Below the pieces are notes generated by a model. It did no database searches and was not told the origin of the DNA. It saw only the letters and a program-made list of their open reading frames with translations. A stretch of DNA of 32,000 bases, taken from contig NZ_CP147990.1 in assembly GCF_037902255.1 (NCBI RefSeq), positions 1-32,000 of the forward strand, read 5' to 3'. The stretch is from Candidatus Electrothrix sp. GW3-4. GTDB taxonomy: Bacteria > Desulfobacterota > Desulfobulbia > Desulfobulbales > Desulfobulbaceae. The position numbers and the translations under genes were made by a program. The first letter of the stretch is position 1. Every line of letters starts with the position of its first letter. Shown here piece after piece: positions 17,801 to 26,273 of the stretch.

Positions 17801-18689
17801 GAGTGTTTTCTCTTTCAATCTGCTATTGGAAGAGGCAAAACATCCAAAGGCCAGCACAGAACAACGGCAGGTGCTCTTTGACGCTGCAAAGCGATGTCTT
17901 GATATCCTCCTGGTTGAAGATAACCCGGCGAACCAGCGGCTTGCTGTGATCATCCTTGAAAAACAAGGGCAGAAGGTCACCGTGGCCAATAATGGACTTG
18001 AAGCCCTTTCGTACTTAAGTCGTCAGCATTTTGATCTGATTTTCATGGATATGCAGATGCCGGTTATGGACGGGTTGACAGCCACCCGCTATATACGGCA
18101 GGTTGAGCAAGGGGTGGTCGTTGATCTGCCTGAGCTTGACGCCGTCTTGGATCAACTCCATGATCGGCTTATAGGTGGGCATGTCTATATTGTCGCTGTC
18201 ACGGCTAATGCCATGTATGAGGATCGGAAACAATGCCTTGAGGCGGGGATGGATGAGTACCTTAGTAAGCCGTACAAAAAATACTCCCTTGTAAAGATAT
18301 TGCATAATTTTGATGAAAAAAATACCGTGCATGTGTCTTCTCCTGCACCGAAAGAAGAAAAGGCAACCGTAGTCTCATGGGATGAGGTGCTGCAACATCT
18401 CATGAAACATTTTGAACTGGAAGAGGAAGATGCGCAAACAGTGCTTTCGACCTATGGTGAGTCGCTTGCCCAGGGCCTTCTTGATCTTCGCAAACATATG
18501 GAGAGTGGTGAGGGAACTGAAGGAGGACGGCAGGCTCATGCGATGAAAGGTGGTCTGCTCAATCTTGGACTCAGTCAACTTGCTGAAACCGCATTTGTTT
18601 TAGAGAAAGAGCTGCCAGCAGGAGTAGAGAAGCGTCATTTTTCCCTGCTGGAACGACTTGCTGAGGCCCTGAAAGGGCTCACAGCCTGA
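14802..18689 (+). CDS. Hybrid sensor histidine kinase (TM-periplasmic domain-TM-HAMP-PAS x3-HisKA-HATPase-REC-HPt)
   Basis: 1295 aa. Two TM segments (about aa 15-37 and 299-322) flank a ~260-aa extracytoplasmic domain. HAMP-like linker. H-box SEFLANMSHEIRTPMN. N-box GNAIKFT. G-boxes DTGIGI and GGTGLGLAI. REC (LLVEDNP...FMDMQMPVMDG...LSKP). HPt (AHAMKGGLLNLG). Confidence 0.92.
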   Translation: MQSESVPFYRRLRFSMMLTVLVLVTLISGTSILISYYVTGQKIERDVATEFFNTEGVVTTCFDLLRRQLLFAAKGVADELVFRQMQDTEEQQSLSVRFRSLKGKKHGDVLFLVTADGGIITSSSKDVAVAKALSQHQVIQKEIATDQSFSTIIMVDAGIGMEPQQRKRFYMIAAVPVILPYSSQTFFVFSCYLMDSSFLLRFPIYSHMDITLVSDNSVVATTLPPEDILREGDNSSYYKSSVLLPGAIDLIHESSFFKEKMYVKIKYIPGMENSTTSFFILSHPSRLVLATKKEFGQHFIIILFVGLCCSIMLIFFITGSVLNPIKELKQLVHKISEGELSNRIESSVTNEFTPLINQFNNMLNLIQRKDEELWDIVEAKTTELRQRNVFIDNLLRSSQVMGIVATDMNLVVTYFNPVAEKLFGFPAEEVIGKKVTEFHPHIKNREEQFNSLIDNALRKGSHTFTVGTSEFPYDSNEGGVEGETDRRDQRIIEVYLSPIKARSEQGREIASGLMLMAQDITAARRMDERLHSALAELKVILDNTMLGLILVQDERVVRVNTTFESMFGYSFDEIEEMSWSQFRGAIFAGKEAECWDGSGRMFSMVKKTEPGMKEQQPFWSKVRQVSIGSDRHKESKRELYLFEDMSSQNEMFEKIQRLSQAVEQSSNSVVITSTDGIIEYVNRTFVSTTGYNAHEIIGQSLEILAPSKTESDVYKKMWLTVRAGNEWTGELVNKKKDGALYEENVVASPIRNEENEITHIIVTKENITDLKKARQQADSANKAKSEFLANMSHEIRTPMNSIIGMTELLLDTKLFPEQKGFVENVNSSASVLLSLINDILDFSKIEAGKLELDYRPFKPRRLAEEVVGTLKILAEQKGIELRLNIVNDDDCYPLGDSLRIRQVLLNLVGNAIKFTHQGNVTLEVNIRSTHANYCSASFTISDTGIGISQDQQENIFANFTQADSSITRDFGGTGLGLAISNRLLQLMGSEIYLKSTLGVGSVFSFNLLLEEAKHPKASTEQRQVLFDAAKRCLDILLVEDNPANQRLAVIILEKQGQKVTVANNGLEALSYLSRQHFDLIFMDMQMPVMDGLTATRYIRQVEQGVVVDLPELDAVLDQLHDRLIGGHVYIVAVTANAMYEDRKQCLEAGMDEYLSKPYKKYSLVKILHNFDEKNTVHVSSPAPKEEKATVVSWDEVLQHLMKHFELEEEDAQTVLSTYGESLAQGLLDLRKHMESGEGTEGGRQAHAMKGGLLNLGLSQLAETAFVLEKELPAGVEKRHFSLLERLAEALKGLTA

Positions 18690-18726
18690 TATCTCCCTAT
18701 GAGTGGAACAGTTGCGGAGCAGGCAG

Positions 18727-21700
18727 ATGAAGTACAGTAATATAATATTGTTGTACATAGTCATGGCGATAAGTCTCGTTGTGCTTGTGCTTTTCGGGGG
18801 AGCTATTGTTTTCTCTATGCACCAGCAGGAGCTTGTCCGGGAAGATATCAAAACCTACCGGTACTCTCTGGCGCAAGAGGCTGAACGCATCCGGCAGACC
18901 TTTGGTCAGCTTGCCAGTGTTTCAGGGTTATTGGCGAATAATCCAGTAGTTATTAATACGATGGATAAACGTATGCATCGTATTGCCCCGTCACCGGTGG
19001 CTCAGCAAATTGTTGAGAAAAATTTGGGCGCAGTTGCAGAGGTTGAAAATATTACCGCTGTTTTCCTCCTTGATCTTGAAGGAAAATGTGTTTATGGGAC
19101 GATACCGGAGGCTATAGGCAGGGACTATGGTTTTGCAGGTTATTTTCATAATACCATAACGCATGAATCTGATCTCTATGTCGCGATGAACATCGCCACC
19201 CAGCAGAATGAAATGTATTATGCCCAGGCTGTTAAAAACGGCAACCTGCCCCTTGGGGTGATTGTCCTGAAGATTAGCTTGGACTTTTTCCATCTTCGTT
19301 CCTTCAGTACCGCCTTTACAGCAACCCCTCCTAAACCGGAAGAGATGCGTATAGGCTTGTCTACGGACGGCAACATCCTTTTTGATACAACAGAAACCCT
19401 TGTCTCACTCCAGCCACTTACTGAGGAACAGCAGGAAGTTTTACGCAGCAACCAACAATTTCCTCCAGAGCAGATACAGTCATTAGGTTTTCCCCCCTAT
19501 GGCTTGGATTCTTTGGCAACGGCAGGATTTTTAAATAAAAAAACGTCAGATGGGAGCGAGTACTATCTTTTTTGTCAACCCGTTGTGGGAGATGAGCTTG
19601 CCTTGGTCCATGTTGTGAAAAAGGCCTGGTTTGAGGAAAATTATCGACCAGCTTCGTTGGGTTCATCAAGCTTTATCATGCTCCTTTTTTTGTTGTTGGC
19701 AGTGATGCTTGCTCTGCTCTATATGGCGAACAGACGTCATCGCCAAGCATTACTGGCAGCGACGACACTTGAACGTGAGGCTGAACAACGAATTCAGGAT
19801 AAAGAAAAATATGAGGCAATTATCAATCGAAATCCCCAAGGCTTTTGGTTGAGTGATTTTGAGTCAGGGACAATTCTTGAGGTGAATCAAAGCCTTTGTC
19901 AGCTTCTTCAGCTGGCTCCTGAAGAAATTATTGCTCGTAATGTTAATGAATTTTTAGAAACAACGAATTTCTATTCTGGAGAGAAAGAAAAGGAAGAAGC
20001 GACGAGCAGTCAAGATTGTTTTGATGTCTCTCATGAGGGGTTATTACGTTCAGGAAAGGAAGGGCAGCTGCACGTCCTCATTACTTCTTCTTGTATCACG
20101 CCGCCTGGCTGTGAGAAGAAGACCTGTTTTTCCTTTTTTACGGATATTTCTGAGCGAAAAAGAGAACAAGAACAGCTCTTTCTCTTCTCGCAAGCAGTTG
20201 AACAAAGTACCAGCGCCATTGTTATTACTGATAAGCATGCTGATATTGTTTACATAAATCCCTTTTTTAGCGACTTGACGGGCTATACTCGGGAGGAGCT
20301 TTATGGCACAAACCCTGATGTTCTGACTGCCGGAGAAAGAAAAAGTGCTGCTAGCGAGAAAATATGGCATACGGTCAAAAATGGAGGAACCTGGAAAGGG
20401 TTTCTCCGCAATACCAAGAAAGACGGAACTCGGTATTGGGAAGGACAGACAGTGTATCCGCTGTATGATCGCTATACAGAGGGGATTAGTTATTATCTTG
20501 CTATAAAAAATGACATTACCGAGCGGCTTGACTTAGAGAAAGAGTTAAAGGCTCAGCTGGCAAAGCTCGAACTTATCGTTGAGCATGCTGCTATAGGTAT
20601 TGCTCGAGTTATTGGGACAGACTTTGTTTGGGCAAGTGGGGTGGCCGCAAAGATGTTTGGCTATACAGATAAAGATGCCTTTGTTGCAATTTCACCCTCT
20701 GTGCTTTTTGTTCATCAGGAGGTGTTTGAGCAGGTATATGAGCGGGCCATGCTCTCCTTTGCGGCGGATCAAATCTTTCAGGAAGATCATTTGATGCGTC
20801 GTCAGGATGGACGTCAGTTCTGGTGTTCGCTCACGGCCAAGATTGTTGATAGCACTGATCCTGAGCAAGGAGCAATCTGGATAACCAAAGATATCAGTCA
20901 ACACAAAGAAGAGGAGCAACAGTTACAACTGGCACGGGATAGGGCTGAACAGGCCAATCAGGCAAAGAGTGATTTTCTTGCCAATATGAGTCATGAGATT
21001 CGGACCCCCATGAATGCCATTATCGGTATGAGCAAGTTGGCTCTGGAGAGCTCTCTTGATGAGCAGCAGCAGTATTATATAGGAACTGTCAATAAGGCGG
21101 CAGAGTCTCTTCTCGGTTTGCTCAATGATATTCTCGAGTTTTCCAAAATTGAGTCAGGAAAATTTGAGCTGGATCCTGTGGTATTCTCCCTTGAAGAGAA
21201 TATTCAGGATGCGGTTCGGACGGTGGAATTTCAGGCGGAAGAAAAGGGTTTGCACCTGCATTATAATATTGATCCGAAGGTACCCCGGTTTGTGTATGGT
21301 GATGCAATGCGCCTGCGCCAGATTCTTGTTAATTTATTAAATAATAGCATCAAGTTTAGTGAAAAAGGTGTTGTTTCTGTCCAGGTCTTTATGCAGGAAA
21401 ACTGTAATGATGAAACTTTGCTGGAATTTCAGGTGAAAGATAACGGCATTGGTATTGCCCCTGAAAAACTTGACGATATTTTCGAGAAATTTGTTCAGGT
21501 TGACAGCAGCACCAGCCGGGATTTTGAAGGGACTGGTTTAGGGCTGACCATATGCTATAGACTTTGCAAGATGATGGGGGGGAACATCGGTGTTGATAGC
21601 GTCCCAGGCCAGGGAAGCACCTTTACCTTTACGGCACGCTTTAAAAAAGTTGTTGGAGGGGATTTTTCCACAGTGAACACTGCGATGGAGCAGGGGGGTG

Positions 21701-22566
21701 AGCTGCACGGCTTACGTATTCTAGTTGTTGATGATAATGAGTCCAATCGCTTTCTTGCCAAGGCGATGTTTCAGAAGGATGATCATCAGATTGTCGAGGC
21801 AGCAAATGGGCTTGAAGCCCTTAAGATCCTTATTGATCATCATTTTGATATTATTCTGATGGATGTGCAGATGCCTATTATGGATGGACTGACTGTCACC
21901 AAGATTATACGGGCCTGTGAACAGAAGAGGTATCAACCAAGCGCTGATCATACCTTGCCAAAAGAATTTACAGAAGCATTGCAATATAGGCTGACAGGTG
22001 GTCATATGCCTGTTGTTGCCTTGACTGCGCATGCCATGAAGGAAGATAAGCAGCGATGCCTTGAGGCCGGGATGGATGGTTATGCTGTGAAGCCTTTTAA
22101 AACTAAAGAAATTTACCATGCTTTTCAACAGACAGGGTATGTTGACAGCGTTGCGATGAACACAACGGAAACAAAACAACAGGACGGTACGGCTATGATG
22201 GAACAGAAAAGAGAAAACGAGAATGCCCTTCTTACAAATGTTGCTGAACATTTGAAAAACATATACAGTCTTGAGCCTGATCAGGTGGAACAGATGATTC
22301 AGCTCTCCTCTCGCTCAATATCCGAGACCTTGGACCAGGCCAAGCAGGCTGTGCAAGATAATGATTTGGATACCCTGTCCGCTGCTGGACATAAGGCGAA
22401 AGGTATTCTTCTTGGTGTGGGGCTCAAAGACGAAGCAGAACAGACCAGAAGAATTGAAGTTGCCAGTAAAGAGGGACAGGACGAAGATTATCATGCTATG
22501 ATAGCGCAATTAGAGGATGACCTACAGCCGTTGTTAAAGTTGACCTCTGGAGAGAGCAGGAGCTGA
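18727..22566 (+). CDS. Hybrid sensor histidine kinase (TM-Cache-like periplasmic domain-TM-PAS x3-HisKA-HATPase-REC-HPt)
   Basis: The periplasmic region carries a DctB/Cache-like signature (GRDYGFAGYFHNT...LGVIVLKISLDFF). H-box SDFLANMSHEIRTPMN. NNSIKFS, DNGIGI and GTGLGLTI boxes. REC (LVVDDNE...LMDVQMPIMDG...AVKP). HPt (GHKAKGILLGVG). ATG 18727 follows GGAG by 7 nt. The ORF track opens at GTG 18703. Confidence 0.92.
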   Translation: MKYSNIILLYIVMAISLVVLVLFGGAIVFSMHQQELVREDIKTYRYSLAQEAERIRQTFGQLASVSGLLANNPVVINTMDKRMHRIAPSPVAQQIVEKNLGAVAEVENITAVFLLDLEGKCVYGTIPEAIGRDYGFAGYFHNTITHESDLYVAMNIATQQNEMYYAQAVKNGNLPLGVIVLKISLDFFHLRSFSTAFTATPPKPEEMRIGLSTDGNILFDTTETLVSLQPLTEEQQEVLRSNQQFPPEQIQSLGFPPYGLDSLATAGFLNKKTSDGSEYYLFCQPVVGDELALVHVVKKAWFEENYRPASLGSSSFIMLLFLLLAVMLALLYMANRRHRQALLAATTLEREAEQRIQDKEKYEAIINRNPQGFWLSDFESGTILEVNQSLCQLLQLAPEEIIARNVNEFLETTNFYSGEKEKEEATSSQDCFDVSHEGLLRSGKEGQLHVLITSSCITPPGCEKKTCFSFFTDISERKREQEQLFLFSQAVEQSTSAIVITDKHADIVYINPFFSDLTGYTREELYGTNPDVLTAGERKSAASEKIWHTVKNGGTWKGFLRNTKKDGTRYWEGQTVYPLYDRYTEGISYYLAIKNDITERLDLEKELKAQLAKLELIVEHAAIGIARVIGTDFVWASGVAAKMFGYTDKDAFVAISPSVLFVHQEVFEQVYERAMLSFAADQIFQEDHLMRRQDGRQFWCSLTAKIVDSTDPEQGAIWITKDISQHKEEEQQLQLARDRAEQANQAKSDFLANMSHEIRTPMNAIIGMSKLALESSLDEQQQYYIGTVNKAAESLLGLLNDILEFSKIESGKFELDPVVFSLEENIQDAVRTVEFQAEEKGLHLHYNIDPKVPRFVYGDAMRLRQILVNLLNNSIKFSEKGVVSVQVFMQENCNDETLLEFQVKDNGIGIAPEKLDDIFEKFVQVDSSTSRDFEGTGLGLTICYRLCKMMGGNIGVDSVPGQGSTFTFTARFKKVVGGDFSTVNTAMEQGGELHGLRILVVDDNESNRFLAKAMFQKDDHQIVEAANGLEALKILIDHHFDIILMDVQMPIMDGLTVTKIIRACEQKRYQPSADHTLPKEFTEALQYRLTGGHMPVVALTAHAMKEDKQRCLEAGMDGYAVKPFKTKEIYHAFQQTGYVDSVAMNTTETKQQDGTAMMEQKRENENALLTNVAEHLKNIYSLEPDQVEQMIQLSSRSISETLDQAKQAVQDNDLDTLSAAGHKAKGILLGVGLKDEAEQTRRIEVASKEGQDEDYHAMIAQLEDDLQPLLKLTSGESRS

Positions 22567-22572
22567 TCGCAA

Positions 22573-23787
22573 ATGAAAGTAATTTTTTGCGAAGAATGCG
22601 GCGGAAAAAATATCGTTGCCGATGAGCAACTGGAAAATATTGATAATAAATCGCTTATCTGTCAGATTTGCGGAAATATTATTTCTCAGGAAACGATAAT
22701 CCCCCATCTCCGCTCAACAGAACCGATTAATACCCTCCACTATCATCTCTTGCTGATTGATGATGATTTTGCTCATCTTCAGTTGATGAAGACGACCTTG
22801 GAGAAGGAGTATACCGTTTCTATCGCCTCGACAGGGGTACATGGGCTTGAGCTGGCAGCGGAACGAAAACCGGATCTGATCCTTCTTGATCTGAGTATGC
22901 CGGGAATGGACGGCTACGAGGTCTGTAAGCGCTTAAAAGAAAACCCGGTCACCAGGAAGATTACCGTTATTTTTGTCAGCGCTCGTGATGACAAGGATGA
23001 TGAGTATCGGGGGTTTACGCTCGGTGCAGTTGATTATATCAATAAACCGATTAATCTTCAAATCCTCAACGCCAGAATTACTGCTCAGCTTCGTCTCAAG
23101 CAACTTGTAGATCAGCAGAAAAAACAAGCTGATAGTCTTATTGACTCGCTGCATCAGGATAATATTCAGATTGAGCAGAAACTTGAACACCTTCAGCAGG
23201 AGAAGAATAATCTTTTGGCGCTGCTTGATCTTGTTCAGGATAGAGTGATTATAGAGGATGCAGAGACGAGAATCCTCTGGGCGAACAAGGCCACCCGAGA
23301 TTTTTGTCATATGCGCCTTTCCGAACTTGTTGGCTCCCTGCATCATGAGGTTCTTTTGGACCCCAGCTTTCATTGCGAAGAATGTCATGCCCAGAAGCCT
23401 GATGGTATGCTGGAGGCAGATTTGTCATCTAGGGCCAACCTCGAAAATATGCACATGCATGCCTTGCATATTCCCCTTTTTGATGAGAATGAAGAGGTGA
23501 AAGGTATTGCGCATATTATTCAAGAACAGAGCAGCGCTCAGGCAAAGGATGATGGCCAGATCTGCCAGGCTGCTGAGGCTGCGGTGAACAGCTTTATTGA
23601 TAAGAATCGCAAAGCGATACGGGATAATCTGGCAACAATACTTTTTGGGATTGACGCGGTAGGCAGTTTGCTCAGAGAGAATAAAGATCTTGAAACGGTC
23701 AGTCGTCCGGTAACCAAGGCGGCAGAAGAGTTGGACCGTATGGTATGTACCTTACTGGATTTTCAGCAAACTGATAATAAAACATGA
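22573..23787 (+). CDS. Response regulator with N-terminal zinc ribbon, REC, coiled coil and PAS-like domain (no DNA-binding output)
   Basis: 404 aa. CEECGG...CQICG zinc-ribbon pair at aa 6-33. REC (LLIDDD...LLDLSMPGMDG...INKP). Q/L-rich coiled coil. PAS-like region containing CEECH. Starts 6 nt after the kinase stop. Confidence 0.85.
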   Translation: MKVIFCEECGGKNIVADEQLENIDNKSLICQICGNIISQETIIPHLRSTEPINTLHYHLLLIDDDFAHLQLMKTTLEKEYTVSIASTGVHGLELAAERKPDLILLDLSMPGMDGYEVCKRLKENPVTRKITVIFVSARDDKDDEYRGFTLGAVDYINKPINLQILNARITAQLRLKQLVDQQKKQADSLIDSLHQDNIQIEQKLEHLQQEKNNLLALLDLVQDRVIIEDAETRILWANKATRDFCHMRLSELVGSLHHEVLLDPSFHCEECHAQKPDGMLEADLSSRANLENMHMHALHIPLFDENEEVKGIAHIIQEQSSAQAKDDGQICQAAEAAVNSFIDKNRKAIRDNLATILFGIDAVGSLLRENKDLETVSRPVTKAAEELDRMVCTLLDFQQTDNKT

Positions 23788-23824
23788 GCGGTTTTCTTTT
23801 TTAACCCTTTGGGCAGCATTGAAA

Positions 23825-24514
23825 ATGAAAAATGTCTTAATTGTTGATGACGATCTTGGTTTTCAGAGATTACTGGGAATCAGTCTGAAAAAATATAAAA
23901 AAGATTTTGAAGTGATTCTCTCTAATAATGGTGAGGAAGCGATAGGTATTCTCAATCGGAAGCCTATTGATCTTATTGTCACGGATTTGCAGATGCCTAA
24001 AATTGATGGGCTCACGCTGTTGGCATATATCAATGACGCCTTTCCTAAAATGCCCTGCGTGATCATGACGGCGCACTCTACTCCAGAGATTGAGAAACAG
24101 TTTGCCCAGACCGGACAGCGCTTGCTGAAGAAGCCTTTTACGATTAATAAGCTGGTGGAAGCAGTGCAGGACTCGTTTGCCCCACAGCCTCCTGGGGGAA
24201 TGCTGAAGGGGATTTCCGTGGCCAACTTTCTCCAGATGATAGCCTTGGAACAGAAAACCTGTCTGCTGGAAATTAGCTCAACCAATAACGAGAAGGGCTT
24301 CTTTTATATAGAAAACGGCGAAGTTTTTGATGCAGCATTCAAGGGATTAAATGGAGAAGACGCCGCTTATTCCTTGATTGCTCTTGAGGGAGCAAGTATA
24401 AGTTTTACAGACATCCCAAGTTCTCAAAAGGTGAAAAAGCGTATCAACTCAAGCCTGATGGGCCTTATTATGGAGGCCATGACCCGTAAAGACGAAACCG
24501 TTGGCAATGCCTGA
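23825..24514 (+). CDS. Response regulator, REC plus DUF4388-type C-terminal domain
   Basis: REC (LIVDDD...VTDLQMPKIDG...LKKP). C-terminal GMLKGISVANFLQMIALEQKTCLLEISS...GFFYIENGEVFDA matches the DUF4388 pattern as I recall it. ATG at 23825; the ORF opens at TTG 23819. Confidence 0.85.
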   Translation: MKNVLIVDDDLGFQRLLGISLKKYKKDFEVILSNNGEEAIGILNRKPIDLIVTDLQMPKIDGLTLLAYINDAFPKMPCVIMTAHSTPEIEKQFAQTGQRLLKKPFTINKLVEAVQDSFAPQPPGGMLKGISVANFLQMIALEQKTCLLEISSTNNEKGFFYIENGEVFDAAFKGLNGEDAAYSLIALEGASISFTDIPSSQKVKKRINSSLMGLIMEAMTRKDETVGNA

Positions 24515-26273
24515 ATCGGAAAAAAAACAGTATCTCTGTGATGACAGGACAACCCCATATATTCTGATTGTTGATGATAGTCGTAGTGATATCTGTTTGT
24601 TGGAGTCTATTCTTCGATCTCATGGGTTTGTCTCCCAATCCCTTACCGATCCGACCGAGGTCTTTGAGCACTGTCGAGCGGCTCGACCTGAAATAGTTTT
24701 GCTTGATATCAGCATGCCTGTGATGAATGGTTTCCAGGTCTGCGCGCAGTTAAAAAATAATCCCACCCTTGCCGATATTCCTGTCCTTTTTTTGACCGCT
24801 ATGAGCGATGTGGCGGATAAAATTCGCGGTTTTAAAGCCGGAGGTTCTGATTTTCTGGTGAAGCCCTATGAGCCCTCAGAACTTATAGCCAGAATTTCTA
24901 CCCAGATCAGTCTGCGCAGAGCGCAGCACGAACTTGCCTGTCGGAACCAAGAACTTAAAGAAGAGATCCATGATAAAGAAAGGGCACATGCCGCTCTGCT
25001 GGACAGTGAATCACGCAATGAGGCTGTTCTCAATAATGCCGCAGTTTGTATAGGGCTCCTCTCCCTTGATGGTACCTATGAAATGGTGAACGGGTTGTAT
25101 GCCGATGTCTTTGGCTATTCGCGTGCGGAATTTCAACATATGCGACTTCAGGATATCGTTCATCCTGATCATGTTGCTGCAACCGAGGAGGTCATGGAAT
25201 TTATCCGTTATGGCCAGTTGGAGCAACATTATGCGGATAAGAAGTTTGTTCGTCAGGACGGTTCTGTGTTCCCTGGGGGGCATTGGCTCAGCCCACGGCG
25301 GACAGGGTATGGTACCTGTAACGGTTTTGTCTGTATCATTAGCGATCTGACCGAGCAGAAAAAAGCTGAAGACGAGTTACGGCTCGCGCATACGGTCTTT
25401 GAGACCAGCTCTGAAGGGATGTTGGTCACTGATGCAGAGAATCGTATTATTATGGTCAATCCCGCTTTTACCGCGATTACCGGCTATCAGCGTGAGCAGG
25501 CCATAGGGAAAGATCCCTCTTTCCTGCAATCAGATCGACAAGATAAAGGGTTTTATCAGCAGATGTGGAAGGTCCTGTTGCGGAAGAATAGTTGGCAGGG
25601 AGAGATCTGGAATCGTCGTTACAACGGTGAAGAGTATCCGCAATGGCTCTCGATTGCGGTGATACGTAATCCGAATCAGAGTATTGCTAATTATGTTGCA
25701 TTGTTTTCTGATATTAGCGATCGAAAGAAAGCAGAGGAGATTCTTCGCCATCAGGCAATGCATGATCCGCTGACCCGGCTTCCTAATCGTGTTATGTTTG
25801 ATGAACGTTTACGCAGTTCCTTGTCACGGGCAAAACGACTGAACAGCCAGGTCGCTCTGCTCTATCTCGACTTAGATAATTTTAAGACAATCAATGACAG
25901 CCTGGGGCATCTTGCCGGTGATCGCGTCTTGCAGATGGTTGCAGATCGTTTGCGGGACTGTTTACGCCTGGAGGATGTGGTCGCTCGTATTGGAGGCGAT
26001 GAGTTCTCAGCCATCCTTGATGATATCATCTCGATAGATGATGCGCTTGCAACAGCGGAACGGATCATAGCCTCGTTGGGGGAGATTGATTGTTCTGTTG
26101 CAGGGGAACGCCTTCAGACCAGTGTTGGTATTGCCTTGTATCCAGATCATGGCACTGATACAGAAGACCTTTTACGCCATGCGGATGATGCCATGTACAC
26201 CGCCAAACGATTGGGCAAGGGCCGGAGCTTTCTTGCCGGAACAGCCTCTGATGATGAACCCACAGGGAAATGA
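24507..26273 (+). CDS. Response-regulator diguanylate cyclase (REC-PAS-PAS-GGDEF)
   Basis: REC (LIVDDS...LLDISMPVMNG...LVKP) and two PAS domains. Intact GGDEF (nt 25992-26006). RxxD I-site (RLED) exactly five residues upstream. ATG 24507 overlaps the preceding stop (ATGCCTGA). Confidence 0.92.
   Translation: MPESEKKQYLCDDRTTPYILIVDDSRSDICLLESILRSHGFVSQSLTDPTEVFEHCRAARPEIVLLDISMPVMNGFQVCAQLKNNPTLADIPVLFLTAMSDVADKIRGFKAGGSDFLVKPYEPSELIARISTQISLRRAQHELACRNQELKEEIHDKERAHAALLDSESRNEAVLNNAAVCIGLLSLDGTYEMVNGLYADVFGYSRAEFQHMRLQDIVHPDHVAATEEVMEFIRYGQLEQHYADKKFVRQDGSVFPGGHWLSPRRTGYGTCNGFVCIISDLTEQKKAEDELRLAHTVFETSSEGMLVTDAENRIIMVNPAFTAITGYQREQAIGKDPSFLQSDRQDKGFYQQMWKVLLRKNSWQGEIWNRRYNGEEYPQWLSIAVIRNPNQSIANYVALFSDISDRKKAEEILRHQAMHDPLTRLPNRVMFDERLRSSLSRAKRLNSQVALLYLDLDNFKTINDSLGHLAGDRVLQMVADRLRDCLRLEDVVARIGGDEFSAILDDIISIDDALATAERIIASLGEIDCSVAGERLQTSVGIALYPDHGTDTEDLLRHADDAMYTAKRLGKGRSFLAGTASDDEPTGK

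Noticed and set aside
22561-22572. The 12-mer GAGCTGATCGCA occurs at the stop codon of kinase 2 (22561-22572) and again at the stop codon of transglutaminase paralog 1 (28061-28072).
   Set aside because: Exact 12-mer repeats are expected by chance many times in 32 kb (order of tens of pairs). The flanks do not match.
23374-23388. The CxxCH motif in the cytoplasmic response regulator read as a bona fide c-type heme site.
   Set aside because: Covalent heme attachment requires export to the periplasm, and this protein has no signal peptide. It is retained only as a possible metal or redox site in the findings.
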